This document shows, in pieces, positions 1-19,801 of a stretch of DNA of 64,000 nt (position 1 is the first letter of the stretch; each line of letters starts with the position of its first letter). The translations under genes and the position numbers were made by a program. Source of the stretch: Balanoglossus misakiensis (lineage: Eukaryota; Animalia; Hemichordata). Location of the stretch: contig CM082592.2 in NCBI GenBank assembly GCA_040954595.2, positions 5,550,209 through 5,614,208 of the forward strand, read 5' to 3'. Under the pieces are notes generated by a model. The model was given only the letters and a program-made list of their open reading frames with translations, searched no databases and had not been told where the DNA came from.

Positions 1-2217
1 ACCGTCAAAATACGAAGGGGCATATGGTTTTTAAATAAAACGACACCAAGTACTCGTTGATACTCTCACTGGTGAGTACCCCCATGTATGTTTTTAGACT
101 GAAATACTGTATATCAGGAAGTTATCGTAGTTTTTCGTGTGCTTTAGCGGCCAGCGATCGGGTCCGCAATGTTTACATTGGCCAGTGGGCCTGATCCCCT
201 TGCGGGAACGCTGAAATATACTTCAAGACATTTTTTTCTGAAGCGTACGTCCACGAAAATGTGAAGCCGACGTCGCACCGCGAGACTACGGGCTGCACCG
301 TGCGTACGCGGACGGCCGGGCGCTGCTCTCTTGGCAGCCGAGGACCTGTACGTTCGCGTCGCGATAGCGTCTGGTCTTTTTTCCGCACCTCCGCGATTTC
401 CCATGAAACCTTGCGCGTTCGCGAGATTCGCATTGGGTGTAATACACGCAAGAATTAATTTCTTCATCACTTTATTTCGGTAATTCATTTCGTTGAATAG
501 AATTGGGTCCCTTCCGAGGCGATGCACACGAACAACGGTAATAGGCCTAAGAAGGCTGTGTGTGATTGGTTCATTTCTTGAAGTCGTACTTCTTTGATAG
601 ACCAATCCGTGAATACCCAGTACAGGTGCGTCATAAAAGTTTAACCAATGAGATTGTACCTCACGCTCCCACTGTGTATAACCGAGCAGTGTGATGCGCT
701 AGCCGTGATGTTGTCGCCATTTCTACTTGTTCAGACTGGAGTAAACTCGTAGGCCTAAGTTTGTTGGCAGTATCCTGACCCAGTGTAGTTTCCCGTAGTT
801 GGACCGGTTCTCTTTAGCCACCGGTCGAGTCGGACATTTCCTGTGCCTCGGTACATACCAACCACTCTCGCATGTGTGTCCGGAGAACTACACCAAGTAC
901 GTATACATAGTCAGCCACGGCATCGCCGACCATATTGCGGAATCATCGATTGCCAGCTCTTGCTTTGTCGTCATTCTGTCAGGGACTGCACCGGTAGACG
1001 CTTTTGTAGTTGGACCACCGCACAAGATATCCCGGAGGGGTCTGGAAGACTTCTGAGGAAAGGATATTGACGGAAACCCTCGAAAAAAAATGAATGGATA
1101 CAGTTGGCAAGGCAGATATAAAAGAGACCAAGCGGAGACGAAGGAAACAGATTCAGCAACAGGTAGGGTACCTTCGATTCCAACTTCTCCCATTTTGACG
1201 TACTCTTCATGCGCGATCATAATTAAATATGCATTTCCAGCATACAATTTCAAGTATTTAGGCGCATGTTAAAGCTCTTAGCAGTTGCTGGCGAACTTTG
1301 ATAGGAGACATGGTAGATGATGTATCTTGCACTTAAAAACGTCGCCCAATTTTTAGGGGTGTGAAAAAGATTTGGCAGAGATGCTGGAAAATCCGCCGCG
1401 GTCCCCTTTTCCAGCCCCCAGGATATGAAATGGTTCATCCCTAACTTCTAACACGCGGAAAATGACCAAACAGTACGTAAATTTCTGACACAACACAAAA
1501 CAACATAACATAACACAAGACAACACAACACAACAGAGATGCGTTATATAGCGCAATTATTTTAAGAAAGAAAAGCGTTTAAAAACCCGCGAATACAATA
1601 TGGCTGATGCAGTTTCTTTTCAAACTTATTAATGATGCAAAACCTCTCATCAACCCATCCTTATTCGTTATATCTCCAGTGTGACACATATTTTAGTGCA
1701 CATTACAGGTCACTGACCAGAAACATAGATGTACAGTCCCCCCCCCCTCATCCGGCGGAGGGACAGATCTGATTGTGATAGTGGAGTCTTTCCATTTTTT
1801 CAATTATTAATTAAAAGTCGCAGTTGGTTGGGGGATTTTCTACAACCCTGTGACAATATTGTGAAACAGATGCCGCTACTAAGGAATTCGAATATCAGAT
1901 ATATTGTGTAATCTCAACGGGCTGTTGCATCTCTGAACCACTACATGTATTTTAACTCTCTGTGGCAGTACTGAACGTCCCTCCGGATTTTGTGTTAGTT
2001 GTGTGTGTTAGGCCTATACATAATATTTAGCTCCCATTTGGTAGGCCTATATCAGTCACTCTACCGTGGGTATTTATATATCTAATCTGTCTATCTGCCT
2101 GTCCTGTTTGTTGTTGACATGATGTGGACCGAAGACAGTGAACTTTGGAGGCAGTTACAGTAGCTTCAACACCATACGACACTGATGGAGGTGAATTGGT
2201 ATATTCCCCGTAGCAAA

Positions 2218-4281
2218 ATGGCACATTATGGTCGCTATAGTTACACGCGTGTTTTGATTTTTCTACTCATCATTCTCATATTCATAGTGTGCATACACAA
2301 AAGCGGTTGGCTATGTGGTAATGCGCACAAGGAGCCCAACTGCAAAGGGGAGATGGTGCGAGAGGATGAGGGACTGACCGTTACGTCAAGGAGGAGGAAT
2401 GAAACATACCACTATCACAGGGACATGCCACTTATTTTCATCGGGGGTGTTCCGCGGAGCGGCACGACGCTGATGCGTGCGATGATTGACGCGCACGACG
2501 ACGTCAGGTGCGGGCAGGAGACGATACTCGTACCCATGCTGCTCGGCATGCACAGGTTGTGGAAGCAGTCGGAGATGGCCTGGGGCCGTTTCGAAGCGGC
2601 CGGTCTGACAGATGCCGTCATAGACGATGCCATATCGGCCTTTATCCTGGAGCTCGTAGTGAAACACGGGGAGCCAGCCCCCAGAATCTGCAACAAAGAC
2701 CCGCTCACCCTAGAATCTATGACTTACCTGCGAGAACTATTCCCAAGCGCAAAGTATATTTTAATGATACGCGATGGACGGGCGACTGTGCATTCGATGG
2801 TGTCAAGAAAAATCGCAGTTTCGGGATTTGACATCAGAGATTACAAAGACTGTTTCATAAAGTGGAACTCTGTCATTGAAACTATGTACGGCCAGTGTAT
2901 GCAGGTGGGCCCCAAGTATTGCATGCCGGTGTACTACGAACAGCTGGTTCTTCATCCAGAATCCCAGATGAGAAAAATAATAGACTTTTTAGACCTCCCG
3001 TGGGATGAGAAAGTCCTACATCATGAAGAAGCGATTGGAAAGCCAGGAGGGGTTTCTCTCTCAAAGTGAGTAAACGGAAATTGGACACTTGTCACCAACA
3101 AACGAAATATGGGATTTTGGAACAATGGTTATAAAAACTTTGCGCTGCTCTAATAATTGTTTCATTGGGCGATAGATATTGACAGTGTTAAAATGCCCCC
3201 TGTCAACTTTTGATTGTTAATAGCGGTGTTTTGTCTAACTTGTATCCCCAGCAAGTTAGCTTGATACGATCATCTGCGATGGATATGCTTCGAAAACGAA
3301 ACGGTTGGTTTGGTTTTCATATGGCTACCGTGGTTTTGACCGTCACTTTTCCGGTAGTAGAGCGTTTGCAACTTTTATGGCAGTAAACGTTCGAGTCAGA
3401 AAACTGACGGTGTTGTTTTCCACTGTCAGATATACGCCAGCAATGTTGGAAAGAATCTCAAGATAATTAGATTTTTTCCCACTGTGTTTCACCCACTTTC
3501 TCCATAGTATGGCAACCCTTTGCCCCTTCACAAAAACTCTTGAGCGCTTTTCAAAAACACTTCAAACTATACTCAACTTCTGTACATGTTGTTAGCCGCT
3601 TGGTCAACAGGTCAACAAGCACTTATGCATCACAAACATCACGCACCAGTAATTGTTAGGTCACGTGTTACCTATTCACAAACCCTCAAGACGAGTAAGT
3701 GCTCGGAGCGCTCAGGTGTAAAGGGAGCCCCCACATGTTAAGATCTCTGAATAAGAGAAACGGCTGTTCCCTTTACTTTAGCATTACTCTGCTGTATATC
3801 ATTCACGACTGGAGGTGTTTATACTCCATATAGTTGTGTGTGAATTTTGGCTTTTTTGTTTGGAGTATTTGTGGTCAAATCCCTGGCGCAAAATTTGAGA
3901 CAGCCACTGTACCCTTCCTGGGTACATGTTCATCGATGCAAATGTTCAATGTGGTCTGTAGAGGGCGCTCTAGCTGCCACACCAAACTTGCTGGTGTATC
4001 AGACCTATACATCGGTCTCTTCCTTCTCTTCTTCTTACAGAGTGGAAATGTCGACAAACCAAGTGAGAAAACCAGTCAACCTGGACGCTCTCACGCGGTG
4101 GGTCGGTCGAATTCCACAGGACGCGCTCGACGACGTGCCGTCTCTTGCCCCGATGTTGCAGAAACTTGGGTATGACCCTTGGGGGTATCCACCCAACTAC
4201 GGCACTCCCGACGAGATGGTTGTGGAAAACACAAAGCAGATACGGGCCAGGGTCCGGCGTTTTGCAAACAAGGACGAGTAG
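2218..4281 (+). CDS. TPST: Protein-tyrosine (tyrosylprotein) sulfotransferase, divergent, 2 coding exons, ~362 aa
   Basis: Exons 2218-3065 (donor AA|gtgagt) and 4041-4281 (acceptor ttcttacag) join in frame as SLSK-VEMSTNQVRKPVN. Has an N-terminal signal anchor (VLIFLLIILIFIVCI), the 5'-PSB motif IFIGGVPRSGTTLMRAM, CNKDP, the 3'-PB motif IRDGRATVHS and C-terminal LGYDP..PPNYG.PD. ATG 2218 has aaaATGG context just after a likely acceptor (ccccgtag); an alternative in-frame ATG is at 2185. Confidence 0.95.
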
Positions 4282-5719
4282 AAGGTTTAGCAAGTGGCAG
4301 ACATAAAACATTCCAGCCACCAAGGATTAAAAGACATCACCTGGACACCATAGAAACAAACCCGTCACCACGGATACTCCAGGCATCCAAGAATACAACA
4401 TCAACCAACAGGTTTCCCTGCCTCAATTTACGCTGGACAAACATAGATGCACTAACAAAGACATCACACCAAAGATGCAGTTACAACTTTATCAGTTTAT
4501 TTCTATGAACACACGTTTTTGCACTACATAAATGTGTAGGAAACTGGAATTTTTCCTATGGAGTCACTCTCTATAGAATACTCGGGGGCAAGATTCACAA
4601 AACCATGTGTTCCAAATTTACTTCTGGCTTGAAAAGAGCACTAATTCTAACAACCTCTTCATAAATGAAAAAAAAATAGTGGTATTGCCTATTGTAATTG
4701 CACTGATCAATGTATAAGGATTTTCAGTCCACACACTGTGATGATAGTGTTGATGACGAAACCATTTCCTAGGTGATGAAAATTGCCTTGTGGGTAATTT
4801 GAGTAGTTTTATCATTGCTAGGCAACAACAAGTCAGCCTCAAAATCATTTCAGAGCAAAATCCATTTTGTTTCCATCTTGCCTGTCATTGAAATGGGATC
4901 ACATCACAGTCTCCATGGAAACAATCATCTTTCCATCTCTTTAAAGTCTGCTTCAAAACTTTAATTGAACAGATATGTCTTGGTTAATATGCAAATGATG
5001 CAGTAGTTAGGCAAGGTGATTTGTTGAAAAATGATTTTGGAAAATCAAATGTACTTCCACGACAGAGGTAGACAATGGACTGAGATTTGTTAAAAATCTA
5101 GTAATTAGCTGTGTCGCTGTTCGCACATGAAAGTCAAACGGCATCATTCACTATCTAACATGTATCACCTGCTACGTTATAGCTAAAGACCCGTTCTCAT
5201 TGGTTAATTTTAATGCTGATTATGCCTAATTACTCATCAACCAATCAGATTGCAAATGACACATTAGTACATGTACAAATTTCACAAATTACTGTCAAAT
5301 CTGTTTGTATTAAACACTACAGCCTCAAAGAACACAGCTCTAAGCTGACAATATCCCACATACATTAGGGTTAAACATAACTGAATATTCTTGATCAAAG
5401 TTAAAAGTTTGACACTTCAGATACAATTATTATACAGCACTATGTACTGTTAGCAACTCTTTTTTCACACGTAAGGATCCTCCATGTTTCCCTATAGTGT
5501 CCAGTTAGTAGATATCCAGGGGGTGCCTGTCCTAGAATCCCACTGTTTGAATTGAAAGACCTCTGTACAGAGGAAGCATACCCTAGATGACAGAGCATCC
5601 TAACATATGAAAGAAAAGTCTGCAATACCCTTACTTTGAAAGATTTGCTGGACTACTTATCTACCTAACTTTTGCTTATACACGACCGCATGATATTTGA
5701 GACCAGGCAGCTGGACTTT

Positions 5720-10657
<4,938 letters not shown>

Positions 10658-11511
10658 GTCCGAATCTCCGGGGCTACTGTCATCCTGCCTTGGCTTCTTA
10701 GCGGGAATTCCGTTCGGCGATTCCATATTGTTGATTGTTGACAACCGGGGCCGGCCACGAGGTTACCCTGGACTAATTTGGCGTGTGGCGGCGCTCAGTT
10801 GGGTCAGGTCATGACCCGTCTGTGAACGCGTACGCGCACAGTACTTAATTTCACTGTCATGTCATGTTTCTCCGTCTAAAATTTCCATTTTGTTACTTTA
10901 CCCATCATTATCAATACATACAATAACATTAAATCCAGAAGGCCACTATTTACATACACAAATAGGGAAAATGGACAGCGATTGTCATTTTTCCATATAA
11001 AACATGGATAAACAAAACACCGGATTAGAACAATAGTGTCTCACACTATTGTTAACACCTTTTACAATAAAATCAGAAAGAGTAAGTGAACGTTATTTTA
11101 CAAACCTTTTCCGAATTGTTTGAAGCCATCACAAGGACGTAGCAAGGACCCAGACTTCAGTTTCAGAGTCTCGAACACGATTTTTCTGACAAGGGGTTTC
11201 AGTCGGTTTAACAAAAAATGATAAATTATATTAAACGGCGGCTTGTGATTTTACGCCCGAGGATCAATCGCGATCACCTCTTCATTAAAACAACGATGTG
11301 TGCGAGCTCAGAGCTTATAAATGTCAGAACTGTCAGCGATCAGAGATGAAAGATGCCATCTTGTGTGACATTGTAACAGATTTAGATTAGCTATTGAATC
11401 GCTATTGAAGATTGTCTTGAGAATAAGAAACGGACGTCAAGCACGTACGGATGTAGTGCGCCACACGTGTTCATACGAGCGAACACCTTGTTTTTACGAG
11501 ACACGTTCGAA

Positions 11512-11623
11512 ACATACATACATGTACATGTACATACATACATACATACATACATACATACATACATACATACATACATACATACATACATACATACATA
11601 CATACATACATACATACATACAT
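11512..11623. repeat. (ACAT)n microsatellite
   Basis: Long tacatacata run seen directly. Confidence 0.98.
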
Positions 11624-14027
11624 AATACATGGTTGAACAAATCAGATACATTCAACAAGGCAAGGTTATTTTATGCAAATTTATTACTTAACAAAAATGT
11701 TTTACATTATTCTGATTACAAATGTACTGAAGTTGCACCCGTTTCAATACTGTAAAATGTGCAGCATTTTGAAGGTGGGAAGATGTGTTTAGAATAACCT
11801 TGACCCAACAACCCCAGTATATTTTATTTTAAAAAAATTAAGTAAAATTAAAAGCTTTAAGATTTAAAAATATTCAGGTCAAAAAGTGTGCGTGAGGTTT
11901 CAACTTTCATAAATTACAATTATTCTATAATTCACTAGTTTCCCCAATAATGGTTAATAATCCAGTTCTTGATCTTTCTCCAGAATTGATCTAACCCCAG
12001 TGTCCTTATAGTGTTGTTGGATGCCTCAACACAACTTATGTATATAGTAGCGATGCTTTATTTTCCTTGCTCAGTTGTCACATCAAATCAAAATGACAGA
12101 TAAAAATTAGCTACAGAGGAAAAGGAGACAGAGATCCTATCTCTACAGATTCTTAGCTGATCAGATAGTTTGTAAACATGAATAAAAGGTTAGGAAAAAA
12201 TGCCTGCCAAGTGTTTCTGAGTTGACTAAGTCCTTCACCCCTTCATGACAACAATTTGGTACAATCCTGCTTGTTTTCCATAGACATGGACCACCAAAGT
12301 ACAGAAAACGGGGGTGAATGGTGTCATTGAATGGAAGAACCAATGATTCAATGCTTTGGCAAAATAACTTCTTGGCAAATAACTGTTCCAGAGTGAAAAT
12401 ATATCAAGGCATTAGATATTGAATATAACAATAGAAATATGCCATCAAACTTAAAAGGTACATTGACTATTATTTTTCTTTTGTGTAGGTAATCATAGAA
12501 TTCCAAAGTCATATGCTAGCTCTAATCTCTACTTTGTGGACACAAAACCCAGAAAAGAAATTAGCTAAATCATAAATAGATTTTTGTCTTCTTTTTGCAC
12601 TTCGTCATCCGAAATTTCAACATTTGATCCTGAGCACTTGACAAAGCAAGGTATCATTAATGTGCGTACATACAACATGCGACTACTGTCCTAATTATAC
12701 ATTAAGAATAGTCGCGACAAGACATGGACATAGCAACTAATTATCATAAACTTATTCTGTACAGAAATCATATTCACTTCAAATGTCTGAGGTTATATCG
12801 TACTGGAACAAACAATTTGAGTTTTAAAAAGTCAGCAAGAAATATTTTGTATAATTCTGCTGCAAAAGCATAGCAACATGAATGAGTTGACTTCTATACA
12901 TACAGCACGTATACGTACCATCACCAAATTCTAAAATTGTCAGAACGCATGCATTGATGTACAAAAACATACATTTTGTCTATTGTATACAAGCTGTCAA
13001 AAAGCTGCATTTATGCGGCTTATATGCAAAAGCTACTCCTCATTGTACATGTAATTCTGTGTAAATATTTTGTTCTTTGCATTACATTTGAAAAATGGGA
13101 ATAATAAATAAACTTATGCAAGTCCTCTAACAACCCATTTCAATGTATATTGGAAACAAAAAAAATGCATACAATCTTTATGAAAATATTGAAGATATGA
13201 TGCAGTTTTCTTATTCGTGTGTATTGAAGCTTCATGACGCTAGATCACTTGGGTTAAGGATAAGTAAAAAATAGTACTTTTCATGATTAAACGTTGTATC
13301 AGGCAGTCACTGAGGGCACCCTTTACATTGTAGGCTTTGTGAACAACACTATCTCAATGGTGCAGTCCATTTGACATGATGGCAAACAGAAATAATGATT
13401 TTGTATCGTAGAAAAAACTGTATAACTTATCATTAATATTGTTATTTGCTCATTTTTGACTACAGACTGGGACTCGTCGTGTTTGCAAACTTTAAAGGAG
13501 TCATGGATATTGCCTATGTCTGTTTTTGCTTCTGGTTTATGCCTATTTTGGCACTTAGATAGTCTGTGACTGACTGTGTCATGGTTTGAAGGTTTGAGTA
13601 GTACTGCCGAGTTACCACAAGCAACTGACACGGGTCTTAACAAAAATAATTACATGTATGCACTCTTTTTGAAAAATCAGTAGAAATCTGGGCATTCCCT
13701 GATACGTTTGATAAAGGGTCTGAGGGAAAGATTTTTTCTTCTTGTGATTTTTGAAAAGATGGGCCTGATTGGAAGATGTCCAAGAGCTAAACCTTCAAAA
13801 GGTGTTCTATGGAAGCAAATCATAAACACAACTGAATTCCGGCAGTTTTCTTGATAGTCTTGCAGCACCTTTACCAATAATTAAACCTGTGACACTTTCC
13901 CACTTAGTTAGGGGGTATTTTCTGGCCCCCTTGGGCAATTGAAAAGAAACCCTTGCGAGCTGCCAAGGTTCGGTGGTGTCTCTCGTTTTGTCCCCCTAGG
14001 GGACTCATTAAAAACAAAACGAATGAA

Positions 14028-17000
14028 TTAATTGTAAGAGCTGACACTAGCACCCCGCTGTATGTGGCGAGACGACGGGTCTAAGTAACCGTTCGTTCTA
14101 CCGTGTCTGGCGCCGAAGTTTTTTTCATCGTTCTTCTCGTACCTCCGCATGACGAAGTAGAATATCACCAGGGCGACGAGCTGGATGCCGCCCAGCAGGA
14201 AGAAGTAGTACTCCATGCGGCTGTTGTTGATGTTTCCGCCGTCTTTCTTCGCCATCCAGTGGATGTGGGGCGAGGAGACGAGGGTTAAGAGCAGCCATCC
14301 GAACAAGGCGCCTATGCCGCTGGACAGGCAGAAGAGCCCCATGATGAGTCCCTGCATCGATTTGGGCGCCTGGGAGTAAGCGAACTCTAGACCTGAAATG
14401 GAAAAGTTCAGTGAAAATCTGGCATGTGTTTGTTAATGCAATTGGAATTGGCACAGTTGAAGTCTTAGTAATTCCTGTGGGTTGTTTAGTCTGTACACAT
14501 TTTCCAATGTTTACCAAGATAATTACATTATGTTTGCTGTGATTGGGCCACACATACACTCAAACTACTGAGGTTATGTCCAAAGCTTGGTTATGGAGAC
14601 TGCACTCATGATGACCCAGTCAAGCAGTGTGGACCAAACGATAGGATGCTGGGTAAATGACAGGGATGCTGATGCATTGATGTATGAAATGGGAAAATCT
14701 CTCACCTGCGACGCTGGCAAAGACCTCACTGATCCCGATGAGCGTGTACTGGGGGATCTGCCAGAAGATCCACATGTTGGCGGCGTCGTACTTGGTGTCA
14801 CTGATGGTCTGCTCCCAGTGGCCGCACTCCCGGTCGAAGAAGCACTCGCGCCGACGCCGCTCTAGGACGCCGGCCGACACCATGGCCAGCACGCTGAACA
14901 CCATGCCGATGCAGATGCGCTTCAGCATGGAGAGGTGGCAGCCGCGCCTGTCCAGACATGGGTACACCAGGCGGTCCATGATGGGGATCAGCACCAGCAG
15001 GATGACGACGTCGAACAGCGTCAGCCACGCAGCGGGCACCTGTCAATCAAACACCCTCATTAGCATACCGTAGAACGGGAAATTTTCGTGACAGGAAATT
15101 TTCGCGATATCAACAGAGGCAACAAGTATCAATAAAGCAAGGTTATTTATATAAATTCATCAATAGCAAACTATGGATATGACCAACATATGGCCACATA
15201 TCATTTTAGGAATAAATGATGACTATTAGCATAGATGAAGGGTTTTGCGCTGAATAAACCAAACCATTCAGACAGTGTTTTTCTTACCTGAAAATGTTTA
15301 CTCGCAGGACCTGTGGTCGGATATCCAGAGTCGTTACGAGATGTAGAATTATCGGGATGGGAGGAAATTTTCATATGCAAACCTTGAATAAGGAATGTTG
15401 TCATTATCTGGGGGGGAAAAAGGAAGAAAACCAATGAAACATTACATTTTGATTAACGCGTGTACTTCCAAGAATTTCGCCGAAACACTCATTTACATAA
15501 ACAGGTCATGTGACCTTGCTTTGGCCAATCAAAAGACATTAATCTGCAAAAGACAGAACATGAGACTTCACCTGGAAGTAGACCATCCAGTATGGTATGA
15601 GAGCGATGAAGACCGGGAGAATTTTGCTCAGCGCCTTGACGTCTTCAACACTGCTCTCGTGGAAGCAGCCGCCGTATCGGATCTTGGCCATGTCTAAGAA
15701 ACTGGGCGGAGGCGTGTCATCGAACGGATGTTCACCCCTGGTGGAGATAATGAGGATTATGATGGATTACACGACTGGCGTACAACGGAGCATAGGTGTA
15801 GACTAGATCCTGTCTATCAACACAAATTTCTGGGTCTACTACACTAGGCAATAATCACCAGGACTGAAGCAACGTGCATTGATGAAGTATTAACCCTAAC
15901 GCTGCCAAGTCAGTATGAACTGGTTTGATTTCCAGGGTGCCTAGAATCCGGGCTCCCAGGCCTGTTAGGCTGCCAAGTGTGTGTTAATCAGTAGGGCCTA
16001 TACAAGACCCTCAGACCAATACAGTACAAACCAGTATGATTTGGTACATTTTTCAGGGGGCTCAGACTGCCAAGTGTGTCTAAGTACGTATGAGAGCCAT
16101 GTCAAGACAGTCAAAATACGTTTCAGAAGAAAAAGTGGCAAATACGTATTTTAAGGGACTTGACACTCTAACCAGATACATGTATGACCCCCGGTAGCAA
16201 TAGGGTTAAGGGAGACAGACACTCACTGATCATGCAGGTAGTCTCGCCTGCGACTTCGGTTCCTGAAGGCGGTGCAGATGATCCGGCACGTGTTGGTCAG
16301 CACGCTTCCGGCCGGCTTCTTCACCAGGTAGCAGCACCGTCCCAGCACAAAGACGACGAACGCCAGACCCGCGGCCACGGCCGGAATGAGGAACCCCCGA
16401 TAGAAGTCCACGTTCTGCTGGATGTAGACCACCAGGCCCAGGGCTATCAGCGACCCCAGGTTGATCGACCAGTAGTACCAGTTGAAGAAGGCCCGGGTCA
16501 CCTCGGGTCCTTCTGTTTTCACCTGTGTCAGAGACGCCAATGGCAATGTATTAGACAAGAGAGTTTCCATTCAATATCCATAACTGATGGCACATGTGTA
16601 CACCCGACCCAAGTCTGGAATGTTGCTACTGTACAGTGTCAGAAACATGTCATTATGGACAGTCACACCTCTCTAGTCAGGACACCTCTCTATTAAGGAC
16701 ATATCTTGTGGTCCCAGAGATGTCCTTAAATAGACATGTTTCACTGTATATATATTGTACATGTAGATGAATCCATGCAAACCAGATTAGACTTCGACAA
16801 TAGACATACATTTAGCTGATAATGAACAAAAATTCTAATTCATGATTAAACTTAACTAGGAATGTTGAGCGTAGGAAGTTGAGCCAATACAAGACATTGA
16901 AGTAGATTTATATCTATTTCATCATGCAAAGTTTATTAATGAGTTTTGTTAATTACTAGTATTACATTCTGGTGAATATCCATACTTCGGATCATGTTCT

Positions 17001-19683
17001 GATTTTGCTCAAAAACACTCAGGAGGAAATAATGCTTGCACATTTTTGAATGTACTTCCCTCCAGGTGTAGTCAAGAGTCTTTGGCAACAAAAACATTTA
17101 TCATGTTTTTGTTTCACTTTTATGACTAAGAATGGCTACACCTACACACTACACCATAAACACTTCAATGCACACGTACACACTACAACATAAACAGGTC
17201 TGTAGGCGTACAATGCAGATGTGAACTGTATTGTATTATAACTGATTCATACTGACTGGATTGATATCTGAGTCATCACTGTCATTTGATAAAGAAAAAC
17301 ACTGCGACATGTAACTTTTCAACTTCCTGCCAAACTGCTGATATCAATCATGACCCACCACAATACACCACTGGCATTGTGACACACTATATATGATACA
17401 ATATATACTTTTCACATGCTATGTATTTAGGGACTTCATAAGTTTTTTGTCATTAATTTTACAGATTTGAAATCATAATTACGTTTGTACACTACTTCAC
17501 GTTTCAACAATGAACAGATCCTTGAATGTCAACTGCGTAAACAGCATGACCTCAAAAGTAATAATTTCAATTGCATAAAAATTACAACCTCAAAACTATC
17601 AAAAGTAATAATGACAATTGCATAATCAGTATGACCTCAAAAGTAAATATAGATATTTTTTATGAAAAATCCTTCATTGCAACCTTCATTTGAAAAAATA
17701 CATCTTTGTAATCAGGCAATGTGGATGGTTTATAGTCCCAAAATTTCTGATTGAGGATATACAACCGAACATTCTTTCACTTTCTCTATGAGCACGTAAG
17801 AATGATCAGGGAAACACAAAGAACCCCTTGTTGTCTGTCACGTGGGTACAATGTAGAACAGTCGATCGGTTTTCTCTGTTGAGCAATTGGGGAGTATTGG
17901 CTACTAACTTTTGATTTAGGGGAAAACAATGGACACTCATTATCATAACAATAGCTTATACTGTTATGCAAATTACCCCAAAGGTACCAGGAATTCCTGG
18001 AAAGAATCTGTTCAGAAAAAAATGCTCAGTCAGTCACTTTCTGTTTGACATGAATTGGAGGAAAGTCCAAATTACTGACGCGTGTCCCTTTCAACAGCTG
18101 CATCACAACAACCATATCGCCTGACCACACTTGTCAAAAATAAACACAGGGTCAGGTGACCTTGACCCCTGCTGGCCACAGAAACAATACAAGGTTGCTG
18201 ACGTCCTGTACTATTATTGCAAGGTAAATACTAGTACACACACAACTACAGCAAGTGGACCTCTATACTGCTGACAGGTGTACAAACACGTACATGCATA
18301 AAACGGATATAAAATACGATATTAACATTAATTTTCAAACTCAGATTACCGGAGTCATTTTGTGGTGGTAGTTCCCCTGGAAATACCCACTTGCTGCACA
18401 AGGTCTCATGTCATTGATTCTTCGTGTCTGAGGTGAAATGTACACTAGTTCCCCATCCACTTACCAGCATCTGTTGCAAATTGCAACCCACATTGGTTTT
18501 TAAAATGTACATGTACAAATCTCTCTTGAAGTTATTCAAACTTTTCAGGACTTTCCAGGGGCGGGGAGGATGCCAAATGAAAACTATTTGAGCTGTTGTA
18601 CGTCCATGCACACCATGGGCCATGACCATCGATTTTTCCATCAGTCCAGTTGATAAGAAACAGTGATTGTATAAATTGCTGTCAGTCTCAGTTGATAAAA
18701 CTTTGTCAGTTGTCACTACATCATGTACATTTACAATACAGCTACATGTATTGCTGTAACTTACTAGTGTCAGTGGATGTCAAGAAAGAATGCTACCCTA
18801 CACTTGCACACACACATTAGTTATAAGATGACAATCTTGCCTTGGTCGACGTTGTTTCGTTTGGGTCGGGGCTAAACCCCTCTTTCCTAAAATGTCATGG
18901 CCAGTACACAATGGGCAATCATTCATGGTCAACTGGTTTACCATCTTACGGGGTAAACCAGCAGAGGGAAAGTGTAACAGATGACCAGAACAGAGTGAAA
19001 CTTAAAGAAATGAAACTAAATTCTACGGCCTTTGAACATTAGGAAAAGAAAGAAAGCTTCACCTGGTCAGCTCCAAACGGTGCAAGGTTAGCTCGCACCG
19101 ATCCTGCGCCGATGGAAATGATGAAGAGGGCCAAAAACACGGCCCATGCACAATACTCGTCAAACATGGTCCAAGTCCACGTATCTGGCCCTGGAGGTGA
19201 AATACTTGACGGTGTCACATTGTCTCTGTCGACTATAATGTCATACCATTCCGATGAGGTTGGGACCGTTTCTCCACACATTTCAGACAAGAAATCGGTG
19301 TGTTTGGGCTCACTTCCGTACCCGAGAAAGGGCAGAAACGCGATCCCGATCATGTAAATGACGAAGCTAATCGCGACAGTTTTGAACCTTCCCAAAGTTG
19401 TGTCGGCGAACCAGCCACACAGCACCGACATGACGTACATCAGCCCGTACACGAAAAACAGCGCACTGGCCGCATTCTGCGCCAGCCAGTCGAACGGTGT
19501 GTGGTTGAGAAACAGTACCAGGTTGGCGGTCGCCCCGTAGAAAGCGACTCTTTCGAGGCACTCCGTCACCAAGACGCAGGTGCACGAAAAGATTCGCCGC
19601 GTCTTCGAGCGATACACGGAAACGTCGCCGCTGTCCACGCTGCGTTGCTGCGAAAGCAGCGGCCTCTTCTCTCTTTCCTCCAT
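14028..19683 (-). CDS. SLC15A4: SLC15A4-like lysosomal peptide/histidine transporter (POT/PTR2 family), 6 coding exons, ~633 aa
   Basis: Exons 19683-19063, 16522-16227, 15737-15572, 15407-15288, 15039-14706, 14392-14028; total 1902 nt. Has an N-terminal acidic dileucine signal (EKRPLL), an ExxER motif ([10 protein letters not shown]), [51 protein letters not shown]. Confidence 0.93.
15890..16209. mobile_element. piggyBac-like MITE remnant in SLC15A4 intron 2
   Basis: TTAA-CCCTAACGCTGCC ... GGTAGCAATAGGG-TTAA (TIR match 10/13, CCC/GGG termini, TTAA on both flanks); internal repeats of ctgccaagt (3x). Confidence 0.55.
16659..16750. mobile_element. Tc1/mariner-pogo-type MITE remnant
   Basis: CAGTCACACCTCTCTA...TAGACATGTTTCACTG-TA imperfect inverted ends with internal ggacacctctc / ttaaggaca repeats. 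Confidence 0.4.
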
Positions 19684-19801
19684 ACTTCACGACAAGACAC
19701 GCTAAATCGGTCCTCCTGTACCTCTAGACACACGACAGGGAGTCAATTTCGCAGAAATTTCGACAAACTTTGTGGATCTCCGTCAGCTGAAAAGTATCTC
19801 A

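Noticed and set aside
144-1272. Several 60-153 aa ORFs upstream of TPST
   Set aside because: No recognisable domain or consistent splice structure; more likely promoter, UTR or repeat sequence.
11391-11755. ORFs with (MYVC)n / (HTYI)n repeats; likewise 29824-30084 and 48270-48551
   Set aside because: Translations of microsatellites.
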